Shown here: in pieces, positions 47,617-57,877 of the stretch | Position numbering within the stretch: the first letter of the stretch is position 1 | How the letters are laid out: every line of letters starts with the position of its first letter | Virus record (IMG/VR): IMGVR_UViG_3300043219_000566 | Coordinates: 1 to 64,000 of that record | Length of the DNA stretch: 64,000 nucleotides | Direction: 5' to 3' (one strand) | Notes under the pieces: generated by a model | Database searches by the model: none | The model's input: only the letters and a program-made list of their open reading frames with translations | Told to the model about the DNA's origin: nothing | Program-made: the position numbers and the translations under genes

Positions 47617-49086
47617 TTACGGATAGTGAATTGTCCAACCCTTACCGCGGTAGTGGCGCAAGCGAGCGTTCGAGCGCGTCTTAAACCGCTTATCGAAGCC
47701 GTCGTCGAAGTCGACCAGTAGCCCCGTCTGACCGCGCGACAACCTTCCGGGGATCTGAGTGTTGGAAATAGGGGCCGACCTACCATCGGCTCGAACCAGA
47801 ACGTCCAGATGACGGAAATCGACTCCCTGGCTCCAAACGCCGGTAGCGATCGCGAACTTCATCGTGCCGCGCTCAAAGCGACGGCGGTACTGTTCGCGAT
47901 GCTCGGAAGTACACAGCCAACCCGGACCCTGTGGCAACAAGCCAAGCGAGCGGAAAGTCCGGACCTGCTCGGCCTGTACCGGCCCGTGGACCAACGGCCA
48001 CTGCGGCAAGAAATTGGCCTTGAGATGCAGAGCGTGCTCTACCTTGTCGACCATGATCAACACCTGCTTTTCCTGCATCGCATGTGTTGAAGCAGCGTGG
48101 GCGACCATCTGGTTACGCAACTGATTGCGCCAGACCCCGTAGCGAAACTGGGCTACGTCGTTGTCGTACGAAATAGGTACGCCTGGCACGCGGTAGACAT
48201 GCACGGTAATCGTAGCTACGCGGCCCTTGGACTCGGCCTCCTGGTACGGCAACACGTAGATCACCGGGCCGAACATGGCCTCGATCGCTAGATCCGCACC
48301 GTCGCTTCGGCCTTCGGGACTGGCGCTGAAACCAAACATGCGGCAATTACGCAAACCCCCGATTTTGCGCATGCGCTCCTCGGCCGCAGCCTCATGTACC
48401 TCGTCGTAAAGAAACAGTCGGCACTTGTCGACCGCGCAACGCTGCAACGAATCGATAGTCGAGACCGTTACACGCCGAGGAGAGTTAAAACCTCCGCCAA
48501 CTCGACCCAGCTCCTGCGGGGGTACGTGGCCGTTCAATCGCTCGAACAGCGAATTCACCACGTCGCGCCGGTAGGTACAGACAATGATGTTGCTGCTGGG
48601 ATAAGCACGCGCCAGTTGCTCTATCAAGAAAGTCTTACCCCAAGCAGTAGGCGAGTCGATCACGCCCATGTCAGCTGCAAAAATCGTGGCTAAACACTTG
48701 TTCTGGTCATCGCGGTCTTTGAGCAACTCGTGCTGCAAGCAATCCAGACGCGGGGGCGGCAGAATTAAAGGGCGCAAATCCTGAATGTCCCAATCGATAC
48801 CGCACTGCTGAAACAACTTGGTCGCGCGGTGCGTAAGCCCCGCGGTAAAGACGACACTAGAGTGCGTAGGACCCTGCTGCAAACGACACAAGTACCGGGG
48901 CTCGGTACGAAACTTCTGCCCGGTAAGGTTGACTATCCGGCGATCGTTCCGCAGCTTGAGCCCGTACTTGAAATGGCGACGTAGCAGCTCGTGCAACCCG
49001 CCGATCGTTATCCCCGCCTGGGGAATAGCCTCGACCAGGTTGCCCGAGCGCCGCATGAGTATTTTGGACATTAGCTTCTCGCTCAA
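47617..49086 (-). CDS. SF2 DEAD/DEAH-like helicase (UvsW-like)
   Basis: SPTAWGKT, DEVH, SASP, GVWSQGVD, QIPGRLSR. Confidence 0.88.
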   Translation of the reverse strand: MSEKLMSKILMRRSGNLVEAIPQAGITIGGLHELLRRHFKYGLKLRNDRRIVNLTGQKFRTEPRYLCRLQQGPTHSSVVFTAGLTHRATKLFQQCGIDWDIQDLRPLILPPPRLDCLQHELLKDRDDQNKCLATIFAADMGVIDSPTAWGKTFLIEQLARAYPSSNIIVCTYRRDVVNSLFERLNGHVPPQELGRVGGGFNSPRRVTVSTIDSLQRCAVDKCRLFLYDEVHEAAAEERMRKIGGLRNCRMFGFSASPEGRSDGADLAIEAMFGPVIYVLPYQEAESKGRVATITVHVYRVPGVPISYDNDVAQFRYGVWRNQLRNQMVAHAASTHAMQEKQVLIMVDKVEHALHLKANFLPQWPLVHGPVQAEQVRTFRSLGLLPQGPGWLCTSEHREQYRRRFERGTMKFAIATGVWSQGVDFRHLDVLVRADGRSAPISNTQIPGRLSRGQTGLLVDFDDGFDKRFKTRSNARLRHYRGKGWTIHYP

Positions 49087-50090
49087 GACAAAGCGGCCCG
49101 GTAAGACTCCTCGGCCGCGCTCTTATCTCCCAGGAAGAACCGCGCTTCGTCGAAATGCTGGGGCGGCGACTCGTGCATCACCTCCATCCAGTTCAGCCAA
49201 ATGAAATTGGCAAGCTTGACGTTATGTCGCCAGTTCGCCAGGAACAGCGCTTCCGCAGCCTCTGCGCCGTCGTCCAGGTACAGCTGCATCCAGCGCAGCG
49301 CGTAGCGGCAGAAGAAGAACTTAGGGGCGTTCAACGAAGAGGCTTTGATCCCCTTTAGCTGTATCATTTTCGCCATAGGCGCAGAGAGAATGCGCCAGAC
49401 CGGCCCGGAAATATGCGTCCCAGCCGTAGCGTCCTCTGCGCTGTATATGCCGCAGCGCTCCTTGAACAACCCGGACCGGCGCGGGTCCGCCGTGTTCACG
49501 TACCAAGTCGGGTCTACCAGATCACCGATGATGTGAAGGGCCACCACCGGATCTAGGCCGAAAATCCAACTCAGCCGCTTCCACAGCGGATGAGCCGAAA
49601 CCGTAGCGACGATTTCTCCCGGGTTAGAGAACGCCTCGACGTAGCCCGCCTTGATGGCTTTGATCACATCCGCCGGGCTATGCGATTTCAACGCTCCGGT
49701 TTCACGCATAATCGCCTGCTGAGCACGCTGGTACAGACTCACGATACGCACGTTGGTGTAGTCCACCGGCCGCGCCCTACGAATGCCCCCGTGAATCGGG
49801 TGCGGGTTCTCAAAACACAGCTGCCGAACAAGAAGTTTGGCATCGTCGAACTTCTTGAAACCGTAAACGGGATCACCGCTCGCCGGACAAGCTGTCATCA
49901 AAAAACGCGTGTGCTTGCCGTCGTTCAACTGCTTGTACAAATCTGCAGCCAGAGCTGAGTTGTGACGCGTAGCAAATACGACGTGATACTCGCTTGGCAC
50001 ATCTCCCATGTCGAGAGGAATGCCGCTGCTAAACTCGTCGACGTGAGTCTTTCCGTCGGGATCGACGAAGTGATGCACAATCTGCGGCAT
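49083..50090 (-). CDS. divergent Nop/IS110-like domain protein
   Basis: HPLWKRLSWIFGLDPVVALHIIGDLVDP...LFKERCGI and the terminal KLANFIWLNW parallel TasA IWPWLNSIDGIGEVAAAVIISEFD...LWKYAGL and KMFLKDLYCQW. Confidence 0.45.
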   Translation of the reverse strand: MPQIVHHFVDPDGKTHVDEFSSGIPLDMGDVPSEYHVVFATRHNSALAADLYKQLNDGKHTRFLMTACPASGDPVYGFKKFDDAKLLVRQLCFENPHPIHGGIRRARPVDYTNVRIVSLYQRAQQAIMRETGALKSHSPADVIKAIKAGYVEAFSNPGEIVATVSAHPLWKRLSWIFGLDPVVALHIIGDLVDPTWYVNTADPRRSGLFKERCGIYSAEDATAGTHISGPVWRILSAPMAKMIQLKGIKASSLNAPKFFFCRYALRWMQLYLDDGAEAAEALFLANWRHNVKLANFIWLNWMEVMHESPPQHFDEARFFLGDKSAAEESYRAALS

Positions 50091-50613
50091 CGTGGTCTCC
50101 TCTTGTGACCGGGGCGACGATCATTCCGCCCCGGATGTAAGCATGCTTGAAAATACACCGGACCTCGGGCAAATAGCGTTTCAGCGGGCGATTCAGCTGG
50201 CAGTTCTTGCTTCGGGAACGCGCGTGTATCCACGTCCGCAGCTTACCACGCCGATCGCCCCCGCAGGTAGTAATGTAAACGACGCCGCCTGGACACGCGA
50301 CAGTTCGAGCCAACACTAGCGCAGCTCGGCGCTTCGCGCGAGTTGAAATCACATTGAGCACGTTGGACAACGTCACAGTGTCGACTTGCTCAGCAGCGTC
50401 CTTGAGCGCTTGATCGTTGCGCGCTGAATCGAACCAGCCCGGATCGTACTCGATGTTGCCTACGTCTACCGTCTTCAATTTACCGGTCAACATCCTGTAG
50501 GGTCCGCTGCCCAGATCAAAATTGACCGAGCCAGCGCACCAACCGAAGGTGCGCTGAACTCGGTAGAAGATCTCAGGCGTCGCTCGACGAGCCGTGAACT
50601 TAGAGGCGCTCAT
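50029..50613 (-). CDS. small class I SAM-dependent methyltransferase
   Basis: NFDLGSGP (motif I), EYDPGW, DTVTLSNVLNVI. Confidence 0.7.
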   Translation of the reverse strand: MSASKFTARRATPEIFYRVQRTFGWCAGSVNFDLGSGPYRMLTGKLKTVDVGNIEYDPGWFDSARNDQALKDAAEQVDTVTLSNVLNVISTRAKRRAALVLARTVACPGGVVYITTCGGDRRGKLRTWIHARSRSKNCQLNRPLKRYLPEVRCIFKHAYIRGGMIVAPVTRGDHDAADCASLRRSRRKDSRRRV

Positions 50614-52928
50614 GCTGCCAGCTCCTCCACCTGCCCTCCTTTGCGCAGGACAATAGCCTGATCGAACGACCCCAGCAGCTGCGGAGAGTGCGTAATCAAG
50701 AAGATCTGCACCCCGGCGCTGTGGGCATACTGCTGAACGTGGCTCAGCACGCCGACGAAGTACTGGATGTTGTCCTCGTCGAGCTGGGCCGTCGGCTCAT
50801 CCAGCGCCAAAATACCCAGCCGAGCAGACATGACCTCGTTGACCGCCAGCAGAAAGCTGACGCTGAACCTGACCTTCTCGCCGCCCGAGAGCGACGAAGC
50901 GTCTCGGTCGGACGTGTCGGCGAACGTGCAGCGGAAAGAGTAGTTACCCGCATGCTGCTCCAGCGCAGCAGTGAAATCGGACTGCATCAGGTCCAAGAAG
51001 CGCTGGATATGCAGGTCAATGGCCTGCAGGAACCGGCGCGCCAGCAGCTGAGGCAACTTGCCACGATGGAACAGATCACGAGCGTCGTCCAGTGTGCTGC
51101 GCACAACGTTCACGCGATCGATTTGCTCCTGCAGCCGCTCGGCCCGCTCGATCCTAGTCAGCAACGCAGTAATCCGCAGCTTGACTCCGGCGTGCTGCTC
51201 CTCGGCCCGCGCCAGTTCAACGCGCTTGTCGGAAGCCAGCTTGATAACCTGACGACAACGCTCGATGCTGTCGAGCGTAAGCTGCGCCAGTTCGGGCACA
51301 AGCGCGGTCAACTGCCGGTTCAGCTCGCTGCGAGCTGTCGTAGCGGCATCCAACGCTTCCTTGGCCAGATTGACTGCGCGTGAACACTGGTCGGAGTTGC
51401 GCTCGGCTGTGATCTTAGAACCAGCCAGCCCGTCGTACTCAGTGATGACGCTGCGCCGCTTGCTCCGCTCCGCGTCGCTGTAGACCAGCTCAGGTTGCTC
51501 AGGCAAACCACCGACGACCCGCTGGTAGTCCTCCATGATCTTCTTGCCGTCCCGCTGCAGCCCGCTGCTCTCGGTGTCATACGCAGCGCAGGCTCGCTCG
51601 TAGTCAAGTCGCTGAGCCGCGCGCTCGCGCTTGTTTGACACCAATTCGCGGTGCCGCGGCTCAGCATTCTCACGGCGTGCACGGAACTTCTCGATCTCCT
51701 TCATCAGATCCGGAATAGCCTGACCGCACGTCGGGCAAGTCGCCTTCACGTTGCTGCCGTCCACCAACCCCCTGTAGCTGCTGATGAACGTGTCGGCCTC
51801 GCGCAGCGTGCTGCCGACCCCCTGCAGCTCAGTCTCTTCTTTATCGGTCCAGATCTCGGACAACGCTACAGGAGGCTTCAGAGCCCGGAGACGTATTGCA
51901 ATCCGGCCTGCTTCTGCATCCAAGTCATCCCGGCGAGACAGCGCGATCTGCACCGCGTTTGCCTTGGCCAAGAACTGATTGGCTTCGTCGTACTGGAGCT
52001 GCAGCGCCACGATCTGCGCAATGAGAGCCTGCACGCCGGAATCAGCAGTGGTATGCTGCTGTTGCTGCGTCGCCCAATGGCTCTGGCCGTTGACACAGCG
52101 TTCTTCAGCCTGAACGATCTTGTCCCGCAGCTCCTGGGCGCTCTCCCACCAATCGATGTCCCGCTGCGCACCCTCGGCGTCGATTTTGCTCAACTCGCCC
52201 CGTCGGTTGCTCACCGACTGCGTAGCTGCAGTCTCCTCGTGCTGCAGCCCTTCGCGCTCCTGTTTGAGCGCATCCAGATCCTCCGTGGAACGCAACTCGG
52301 GCACACCGCGCAGCTCCTCGCCCAGCATGGACCAGATCCTCTCGAATTGGTCCAAGCCGAACAGCCGGTGCATGGCCTTGGTGCGCGTGCTGTCGTCGCT
52401 GTCGACAATGGCACTGATCTGGTTCTGCTCGATGAAAGCGTAATGGCCCAAGAGCGCGAGGTCGTCGCCCAGCAACTCGCGCAACCGCTCGTCGGCCGCT
52501 TTGACACCAGAAATCTCGTGCCACTCCTCGTCGGACCCGACCCGGCGCGACTTGACCATTGCCGTCTGAGATCCCTTCATCTTAGAGCGGCGCTCGGCTA
52601 GCTCGGCTGCGGTGTACTCCTGCCCCGGAGAACTGGGCGGACCGGTGATGGAAATGGTGCGCCTGACCACGATCTCCATGTTGTCGTGCTGCAAGCCCAC
52701 CTCGAACGAACCGCTCTTGGCTTTCTTGCCGCCCGGCAGATCGCGGACGAAGTCGGCCAGGTTGCTGTACTTGCGAAAGTCACCCGTGGGAGCCGTGTAG
52801 AGCACCTCGATCAACGTGGACTTGCCGACGCCGTTGGGGCCTACAACGCCGATCAACCCGTTGGAGAAATCGAAGCGCGCTTTGGCAAACGGGCCGAGGT
52901 TTCTTAGCTTCGCGTAGGTGTATATCAT
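50610..52928 (-). CDS. sbcC: SbcC/Rad50-like ATPase
   Basis: GPNGVGKST, coiled coils with a CPTCG zinc hook, LSGGE signature, LDEPT, ITH; start MIYTYAKL at 52928. Confidence 0.92.
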   Translation of the reverse strand: MIYTYAKLRNLGPFAKARFDFSNGLIGVVGPNGVGKSTLIEVLYTAPTGDFRKYSNLADFVRDLPGGKKAKSGSFEVGLQHDNMEIVVRRTISITGPPSSPGQEYTAAELAERRSKMKGSQTAMVKSRRVGSDEEWHEISGVKAADERLRELLGDDLALLGHYAFIEQNQISAIVDSDDSTRTKAMHRLFGLDQFERIWSMLGEELRGVPELRSTEDLDALKQEREGLQHEETAATQSVSNRRGELSKIDAEGAQRDIDWWESAQELRDKIVQAEERCVNGQSHWATQQQQHTTADSGVQALIAQIVALQLQYDEANQFLAKANAVQIALSRRDDLDAEAGRIAIRLRALKPPVALSEIWTDKEETELQGVGSTLREADTFISSYRGLVDGSNVKATCPTCGQAIPDLMKEIEKFRARRENAEPRHRELVSNKRERAAQRLDYERACAAYDTESSGLQRDGKKIMEDYQRVVGGLPEQPELVYSDAERSKRRSVITEYDGLAGSKITAERNSDQCSRAVNLAKEALDAATTARSELNRQLTALVPELAQLTLDSIERCRQVIKLASDKRVELARAEEQHAGVKLRITALLTRIERAERLQEQIDRVNVVRSTLDDARDLFHRGKLPQLLARRFLQAIDLHIQRFLDLMQSDFTAALEQHAGNYSFRCTFADTSDRDASSLSGGEKVRFSVSFLLAVNEVMSARLGILALDEPTAQLDEDNIQYFVGVLSHVQQYAHSAGVQIFLITHSPQLLGSFDQAIVLRKGGQVEELAA

Positions 52929-53350
52929 GTTCCGTCCTTTTTGAGAATGCCCGCTGCAATCGCGCAGATCTCGGCACTGGCTATCGGCTCGGTCACGACC
53001 CGGTAGATGGCAATCTGCTCCCGGCACATATCGGGATCTTGTAAAGCCTCCAGGAAGCCGCGGTGGTCGCCCCACTCCGCCTCGTAATCGCTACCAAGGC
53101 CCAGCGCCAGAAACACTAAGCGCAAGTTGAGCCCCCAGACCGCGACCTGGTATTTATCGTCCGGAGCCTCCAGCTTGATTTCGTAGCGCGCTACGCTGCG
53201 ATCGAGCTTGTCCCACGTGGCTACGCTGAACGTTTGCCCCTCCACGAAAGCCACGATCATATTGCGGTCGGTGTCTACCACGGTGCCGACCGCGCCTTCG
53301 TCCAATCCGTACTCCTTGGCTGCGCCAAGACAAGACACTCGTACATACAT
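52925..53350 (-). CDS. hypothetical protein
   Basis: 141-aa ORF in the operon. Confidence 0.55.
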   Translation of the reverse strand: MYVRVSCLGAAKEYGLDEGAVGTVVDTDRNMIVAFVEGQTFSVATWDKLDRSVARYEIKLEAPDDKYQVAVWGLNLRLVFLALGLGSDYEAEWGDHRGFLEALQDPDMCREQIAIYRVVTEPIASAEICAIAAGILKKDGT

Positions 53351-53588
53351 GCGATTTCCTATCCGGGTAGAGGTCTAATCAGGAGCATTGTTCATAAAAT
53401 CGCGCAGGTTCATCGTGAACGTCGTCGTCACGCTCCCAGCCTCGATCTTCAACGATCCCACCGAACAATCTACGCCAAGCCGAGCGCCGAGTATGTCGGC
53501 GAAACCCCGCCGGACGGATTCAGGATCAGGCTGGTTCTGAACTATCTTTTTGATTGCTGCAATCTTGGCAGCGTCCATCACTGTCTCC

Positions 53589-54749
53589 CTAAGCGGCCGT
53601 CGGATCGTCGACAACCTGGTGCCTATGCTTCAGAGCGTGCACGACTTCCTTGGGGCTAGCCGCCGCCGCCAGCTCGCTGACAAAACCATGTAGCTCGGGA
53701 GCAACCTCCCGGTCCACCAGCTCGTCGATAGCGTCCTGCACGGACACAGTGGCGCTCAGCTCAGCGTCCACGTCCTGCTCGGGCATCAGCGCCCGGTTGG
53801 GCATGGGATGAAAGATGAGCTGGCCCTTCTCGATCGCAGACCCGAGCTTGTCCATGATCAACTGGTACGCGTCGGGGATAGCCACGTTGTAACGCAGCGC
53901 CACGAACGGCACCGCCACCGTCGTCGGAACACCTGCGTCGTCGGCCGCAGCCGCGGCCTGCTGGTAGGCTCCTTCGATCTTGCCCAGCCACTCGGTCAGC
54001 TCGTTCTCCCAGCGGATGTCGTTGAAGATGAACGGACGGGTCAGCAGCGAGATACGCTCGAAGTTGAAAGCACCTTCCGACGCGGTCCCCGGCTTACCCC
54101 GCCGACAGACCAGAAAAGACTTGGACGGCGGCTCGGACACCGAGCGCATCGTCGCGGAACCGGTATAGAGCCACTTGCGCCCTTCGGTCTCGCCGGACTG
54201 CGGCAAGCCGTGCCAGTCGCCGAGCACGGTGCGCTTCACGTGCTCCGGGACCCAGCTCATGTCGATGTGCCAGGCTTCCTCGATGCCCATCACGTCGCGA
54301 GTCAAGCCGTGCATGACCAGGATCTCGCAGTCGTCGGGAACACTCTTCAAGCGCTCCTGAACAGAGACGCGTGGCGTGTAGTCGAGCCCGGACACCCGGA
54401 TAGCGTCGCCGAAGGTGAACTGCTGCTGGTGTAAATGCAGCCGGGCGCTGTCGGAGTCCGGCGGCACACCCGGCCAGGCATAACCGTCCTGGCGATCGTG
54501 TTGCCCCTGGACGCACCCAACCCGGAGCCCAGCGATAGCCTCGTAGAACTCACGCAGCGTAGCAGAGTCCGGAAAGCGCTTGTCGAAAGTATCCCCCAGG
54601 AAAATCAGATCCAGCTTGTGCTCGCGGCAGTAGTCCGTGATCTGCCGCAACGCGAAGGACGTGTCCCCGACCATGTTCGGGTGAGTAGCGTACGTCGTCT
54701 TCGCGTGGTGTAGATCGCCCGCGAAAGCGATGCCGGTTGCGTCTTTCAT
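53589..54749 (-). CDS. sbcD: SbcD/Mre11-like metallophosphoesterase nuclease
   Basis: GDLH, GDTFD, GQHD, MHG, GDWH, YTGS motifs. Confidence 0.9.
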   Translation of the reverse strand: MKDATGIAFAGDLHHAKTTYATHPNMVGDTSFALRQITDYCREHKLDLIFLGDTFDKRFPDSATLREFYEAIAGLRVGCVQGQHDRQDGYAWPGVPPDSDSARLHLHQQQFTFGDAIRVSGLDYTPRVSVQERLKSVPDDCEILVMHGLTRDVMGIEEAWHIDMSWVPEHVKRTVLGDWHGLPQSGETEGRKWLYTGSATMRSVSEPPSKSFLVCRRGKPGTASEGAFNFERISLLTRPFIFNDIRWENELTEWLGKIEGAYQQAAAAADDAGVPTTVAVPFVALRYNVAIPDAYQLIMDKLGSAIEKGQLIFHPMPNRALMPEQDVDAELSATVSVQDAIDELVDREVAPELHGFVSELAAAASPKEVVHALKHRHQVVDDPTAA

Positions 54750-54766
54750 TTGTGTGCTCCTCGGCC

Positions 54767-55105
54767 TCATTCAGACCACTTGCTGTCGTCTTCGAGCGTC
54801 GACCACGCGCCGTTGAAGGCTTCCCAGCCCGCTGCAAGCAGTCGAGTAGCCGCTATCTCCACGCGCTCCTGGTCGCCATTGAGAAAGCCCTTCGCGCGCA
54901 TCCGGACAGACTTCAGCACGCCGTGCTCGCCGATTACGCCGATGACATCCACGATCTCCAGTTGACGCGGCGCGCCTGGCACGCGCAAAACGCTGCCGAT
55001 CGGCAAAATCAGATCCTCGACCGACAACACACGCTTGCCGAAATCTCGCTGCTGCCCTTGGCGAGTGTCGCGCGTGGTGAAGCGGCAATAGATCCTGATA
55101 CGCAT
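54767..55105 (-). CDS. hypothetical protein
   Basis: 112-aa ORF with GGAGG RBS. Confidence 0.55.
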   Translation of the reverse strand: MRIRIYCRFTTRDTRQGQQRDFGKRVLSVEDLILPIGSVLRVPGAPRQLEIVDVIGVIGEHGVLKSVRMRAKGFLNGDQERVEIAATRLLAAGWEAFNGAWSTLEDDSKWSE

Positions 55106-55109
55106 TGAA

Positions 55110-55691
55110 TTATCCTCCTGCAGCCATCAGATCGCTGATCAAATGACGCATCAAGCGGTAGTGCATGATGTGAGCCAACGGGTCGACAGCCTCGTCGAGA
55201 TTCACGTGCCAACGGCACTTGGCCGCGCCCTCCGTCTGTGACATGGTACAAAGCGCTGCGACCGGCTCCTTGCGCGACACGTCGAGCGCGAACAAAGCGA
55301 ACTTCGAGTCAGTCAGCTGGTTGCAGAAACAGGCCCCCAGACTGAACAACTCATGCGCCTCAGCCACGTAGCCGGTCCTGGCCTGCAGCTCCGCCAGCGC
55401 GGCCGCAACAACGAAGTCAGCCCGGCGCGTCACGGGCGCATCCGGGTCGAAGTTTTCGACGCTGCCGGTGATCGAACTGACCAGCTGGCGTGTATCCCAG
55501 GGCACAACCACTTCGTGCTGTAGCAAAACCTCTAATGCCACGAACCCGGGAACCGGGCGGTAAGGCAGCACCGCCAATTTGTGGCCAGCGCAGTGCGTCT
55601 CGTGTAGGTAAGCGTGAGTGCTGATTCCAGACTTGGAGCGCAGCTCGCGCAACTCGACCCGCCCGGTTCCGCACACCGTGTGGATTTCCAT
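55110..55691 (-). CDS. Nudix-fold protein (degenerate Nudix box)
   Basis: TGSVE...AALAELQARTGY: the box lacks the canonical RELxEE glutamates. Confidence 0.55.
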   Translation of the reverse strand: MEIHTVCGTGRVELRELRSKSGISTHAYLHETHCAGHKLAVLPYRPVPGFVALEVLLQHEVVVPWDTRQLVSSITGSVENFDPDAPVTRRADFVVAAALAELQARTGYVAEAHELFSLGACFCNQLTDSKFALFALDVSRKEPVAALCTMSQTEGAAKCRWHVNLDEAVDPLAHIMHYRLMRHLISDLMAAGG

Positions 55692-55707
55692 ATTGTCCTC
55701 CGCTGCG

Positions 55708-55878
55708 TTAGAAACGTCCTACGTTGAAGAATCCACCCTCCTCGTCTTCGTCAGACTCATCCTGACACTCGTCGTAGGCGGCGGCGTCGTCGAATTCGTC
55801 GTCGGAGTCGGTAGACTCGCAATCCTCGACTAGATCATCATCGTCGTCGTCGAACTCATCCTTTGGCCTTATAGCCAC
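55708..55878 (-). CDS. 56-aa hyper-acidic protein (not in the ORF track), possible DNA mimic
   Basis: GGAGG 6 nt before GTG 55878; MAIRPKDEFDDDDDDLVEDCESTDSDDEFDDAAAYDECQDESDEDEEGGFFNVGRF; 26 of 56 residues are D or E. Confidence 0.6.
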   Translation of the reverse strand: MAIRPKDEFDDDDDDLVEDCESTDSDDEFDDAAAYDECQDESDEDEEGGFFNVGRF

Positions 55879-56899
55879 GACTTGCCTCCGCTGCGGGAAG
55901 ATCGGGCCTCACCAAAACAGGCTTGAACCACAGCACCTTGGCCTGCGACCGACCTTTGCCGTACAGGACCGTGTGAAAATGACCGCGGCGCAGATGGCTA
56001 CGCGTCAGCTCTCCACGCTGCTCACCGGACTCGTCTCTCGCTGGACGCAGTGTACTGGGCAGCGAGATCTCCCGGCCCACCAGCCATCCGAACTTGCCGC
56101 GGTGCTTGGCCCGCTCGAATAGCTCCTCGCGCACATGCGGATCGGCGGAATGCCGGTAACGCTCAACATGCCGGTTCAGCACGTCAGCTTCGATTACCTT
56201 ATCGGCATTGGTCGCCAGCAAGCAAGTTCCCAGGGCCAGGCGAATCGCCGACATCAATGAAGCGTCGGAGATCGTGCGCCCCTTGTCCCAGTCATAGCGT
56301 TCCCGGCCCAGCCAGCGCTCCAGCACCGTCTCGAATAACTCGTCCTCGTCAGTGATCTCGATCACCTGGAAAGCCACGATCGGCAGCCGTTTACCAGCGT
56401 GGATCTGGAAGCCCTCGCCCCAGTCGAACCAGAAAATCAAGCGGCGCGTGTTGGGTAGCGCGGGCTCCAGTATCTCGCTGACGCGGCCCTTCTCGCCTGG
56501 GTAGATCTCGTCCACCAGGATGGCGCGCAGCATGTAACCCGCGTCGTCGCACAACGCAGGTATCTCTTCTTCGCCCAGCCGGAACAGAATAGTGGACAAC
56601 GGCGCATGCACGTATTTGCACGGCACCTTGATGTCGGTGTGAGACAGCATGCGTGTGATTGCTGAGTAGAGCTTGAAGTAAGGACAGCGCGCTCGGTACC
56701 AGTTGCCTTCGACGTGCGCCTGGTTGTAAGCCACGCATTCCATGGTGGCCGTGTAAGCGGGGTCCTTCTGCTTGGCCTGCGTGATCCGCGCCATGATGTC
56801 GAGTAGTAGCTGGCCGTAGAAGCGCAGCGGGTCGTCGGTCAAGGAGGACTGCTCGGCGCGCAGCGCCTGAAACTGCGTCAGCCAGTTATAGAACTTCAT
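55856..56899 (-). CDS. AcrVA2-like protein
   Basis: C-terminal SHLRRGHFHTVLYGKGRSQAKVLWFKPVLV resembles the HxRRGHxH...G.G......W...V tail recalled for AcrVA2; similar size (347 aa). Confidence 0.55.
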   Translation of the reverse strand: MKFYNWLTQFQALRAEQSSLTDDPLRFYGQLLLDIMARITQAKQKDPAYTATMECVAYNQAHVEGNWYRARCPYFKLYSAITRMLSHTDIKVPCKYVHAPLSTILFRLGEEEIPALCDDAGYMLRAILVDEIYPGEKGRVSEILEPALPNTRRLIFWFDWGEGFQIHAGKRLPIVAFQVIEITDEDELFETVLERWLGRERYDWDKGRTISDASLMSAIRLALGTCLLATNADKVIEADVLNRHVERYRHSADPHVREELFERAKHRGKFGWLVGREISLPSTLRPARDESGEQRGELTRSHLRRGHFHTVLYGKGRSQAKVLWFKPVLVRPDLPAAEASRGYKAKG

Positions 56900-57877
56900 G
56901 GCTCGGTTCCTCGCCCAGCGGTCGCCCCGGTCACTCGATGTCCTGGTCGAAAATGGAGCGAGCAAACTCGCGGAGCAGTTCCCATTGCCTATCGTCCAGT
57001 ACGATCGACGCGTGCGTAGCCAGGTCCTCGTGGTAGTCGTAGATGTCGAGTTGGAGAAGGCGCGGCTTAGCTGCGACGCCGTAAAACAGCTCTGTAGCGG
57101 TCAAGCGCGAGCGGATCTCGCTGGGGTTGTCTGGGCTGCCGATGTCTTGCACAACCACCATGGCCCCCTCGTCGCCGCAATCGAACGGCGCGGGGCGCGA
57201 GCAGACTAGGTCCAGAGGCGGGGTGGGTGAATCGTTCGAGTCGGACATGATAATCTCCTGAGCAAAATGGGCTTTGAGAAAGGCGTCATAGGCTCCTAGA
57301 AAAACGGCCGCGCCCGAGAGCGCGGCTGCCATGATACGGGGTAGTGGACTGCGGTCGCGCCTACGGGTCGCGCGGACTGGAATCGAAATCCTGGCAAGAA
57401 CGGGGCGCACCGGGCTTTTGTTCCTCGGCAGAAGCTGCGCAAGGCTGGATCGCCTTCGTAGCAACGTGCGTCAGATACAGCAAAGCACCCGTGCCCACGC
57501 ACTCCAGAACTTCTTCGCTCTTGCGCATAAACACCTCCTGGAAAAGAGCGTTGTCGGGACAGTCAAATACTGGAGTAGATACTCTGATCGGGTCGTGATC
57601 GACAGGCTCAATGATCAGTTCTACGCGTGCTTTCATTTCGGTTCTCCTTCGGAGTGTGTGTAGAAAAAAGCAGGGCGGCGTCGGCGAGGCGTCGGGGGAA
57701 AACGCCTGCTGCCGAGCTGCCGCCCGCGGTCTGCTGAAGCTGGCTCGCGCGTCGTTCGAGTCAGCTCCACAAGAGTGTTGGACGTGCCAAAGCGTCGAGT
57801 TCAGCAACGCCGACCCACGTGTGGGATACTTGACTGTACAATTGTTGAGTTCTGAGTCAACCCCGGTAACAAAATTT

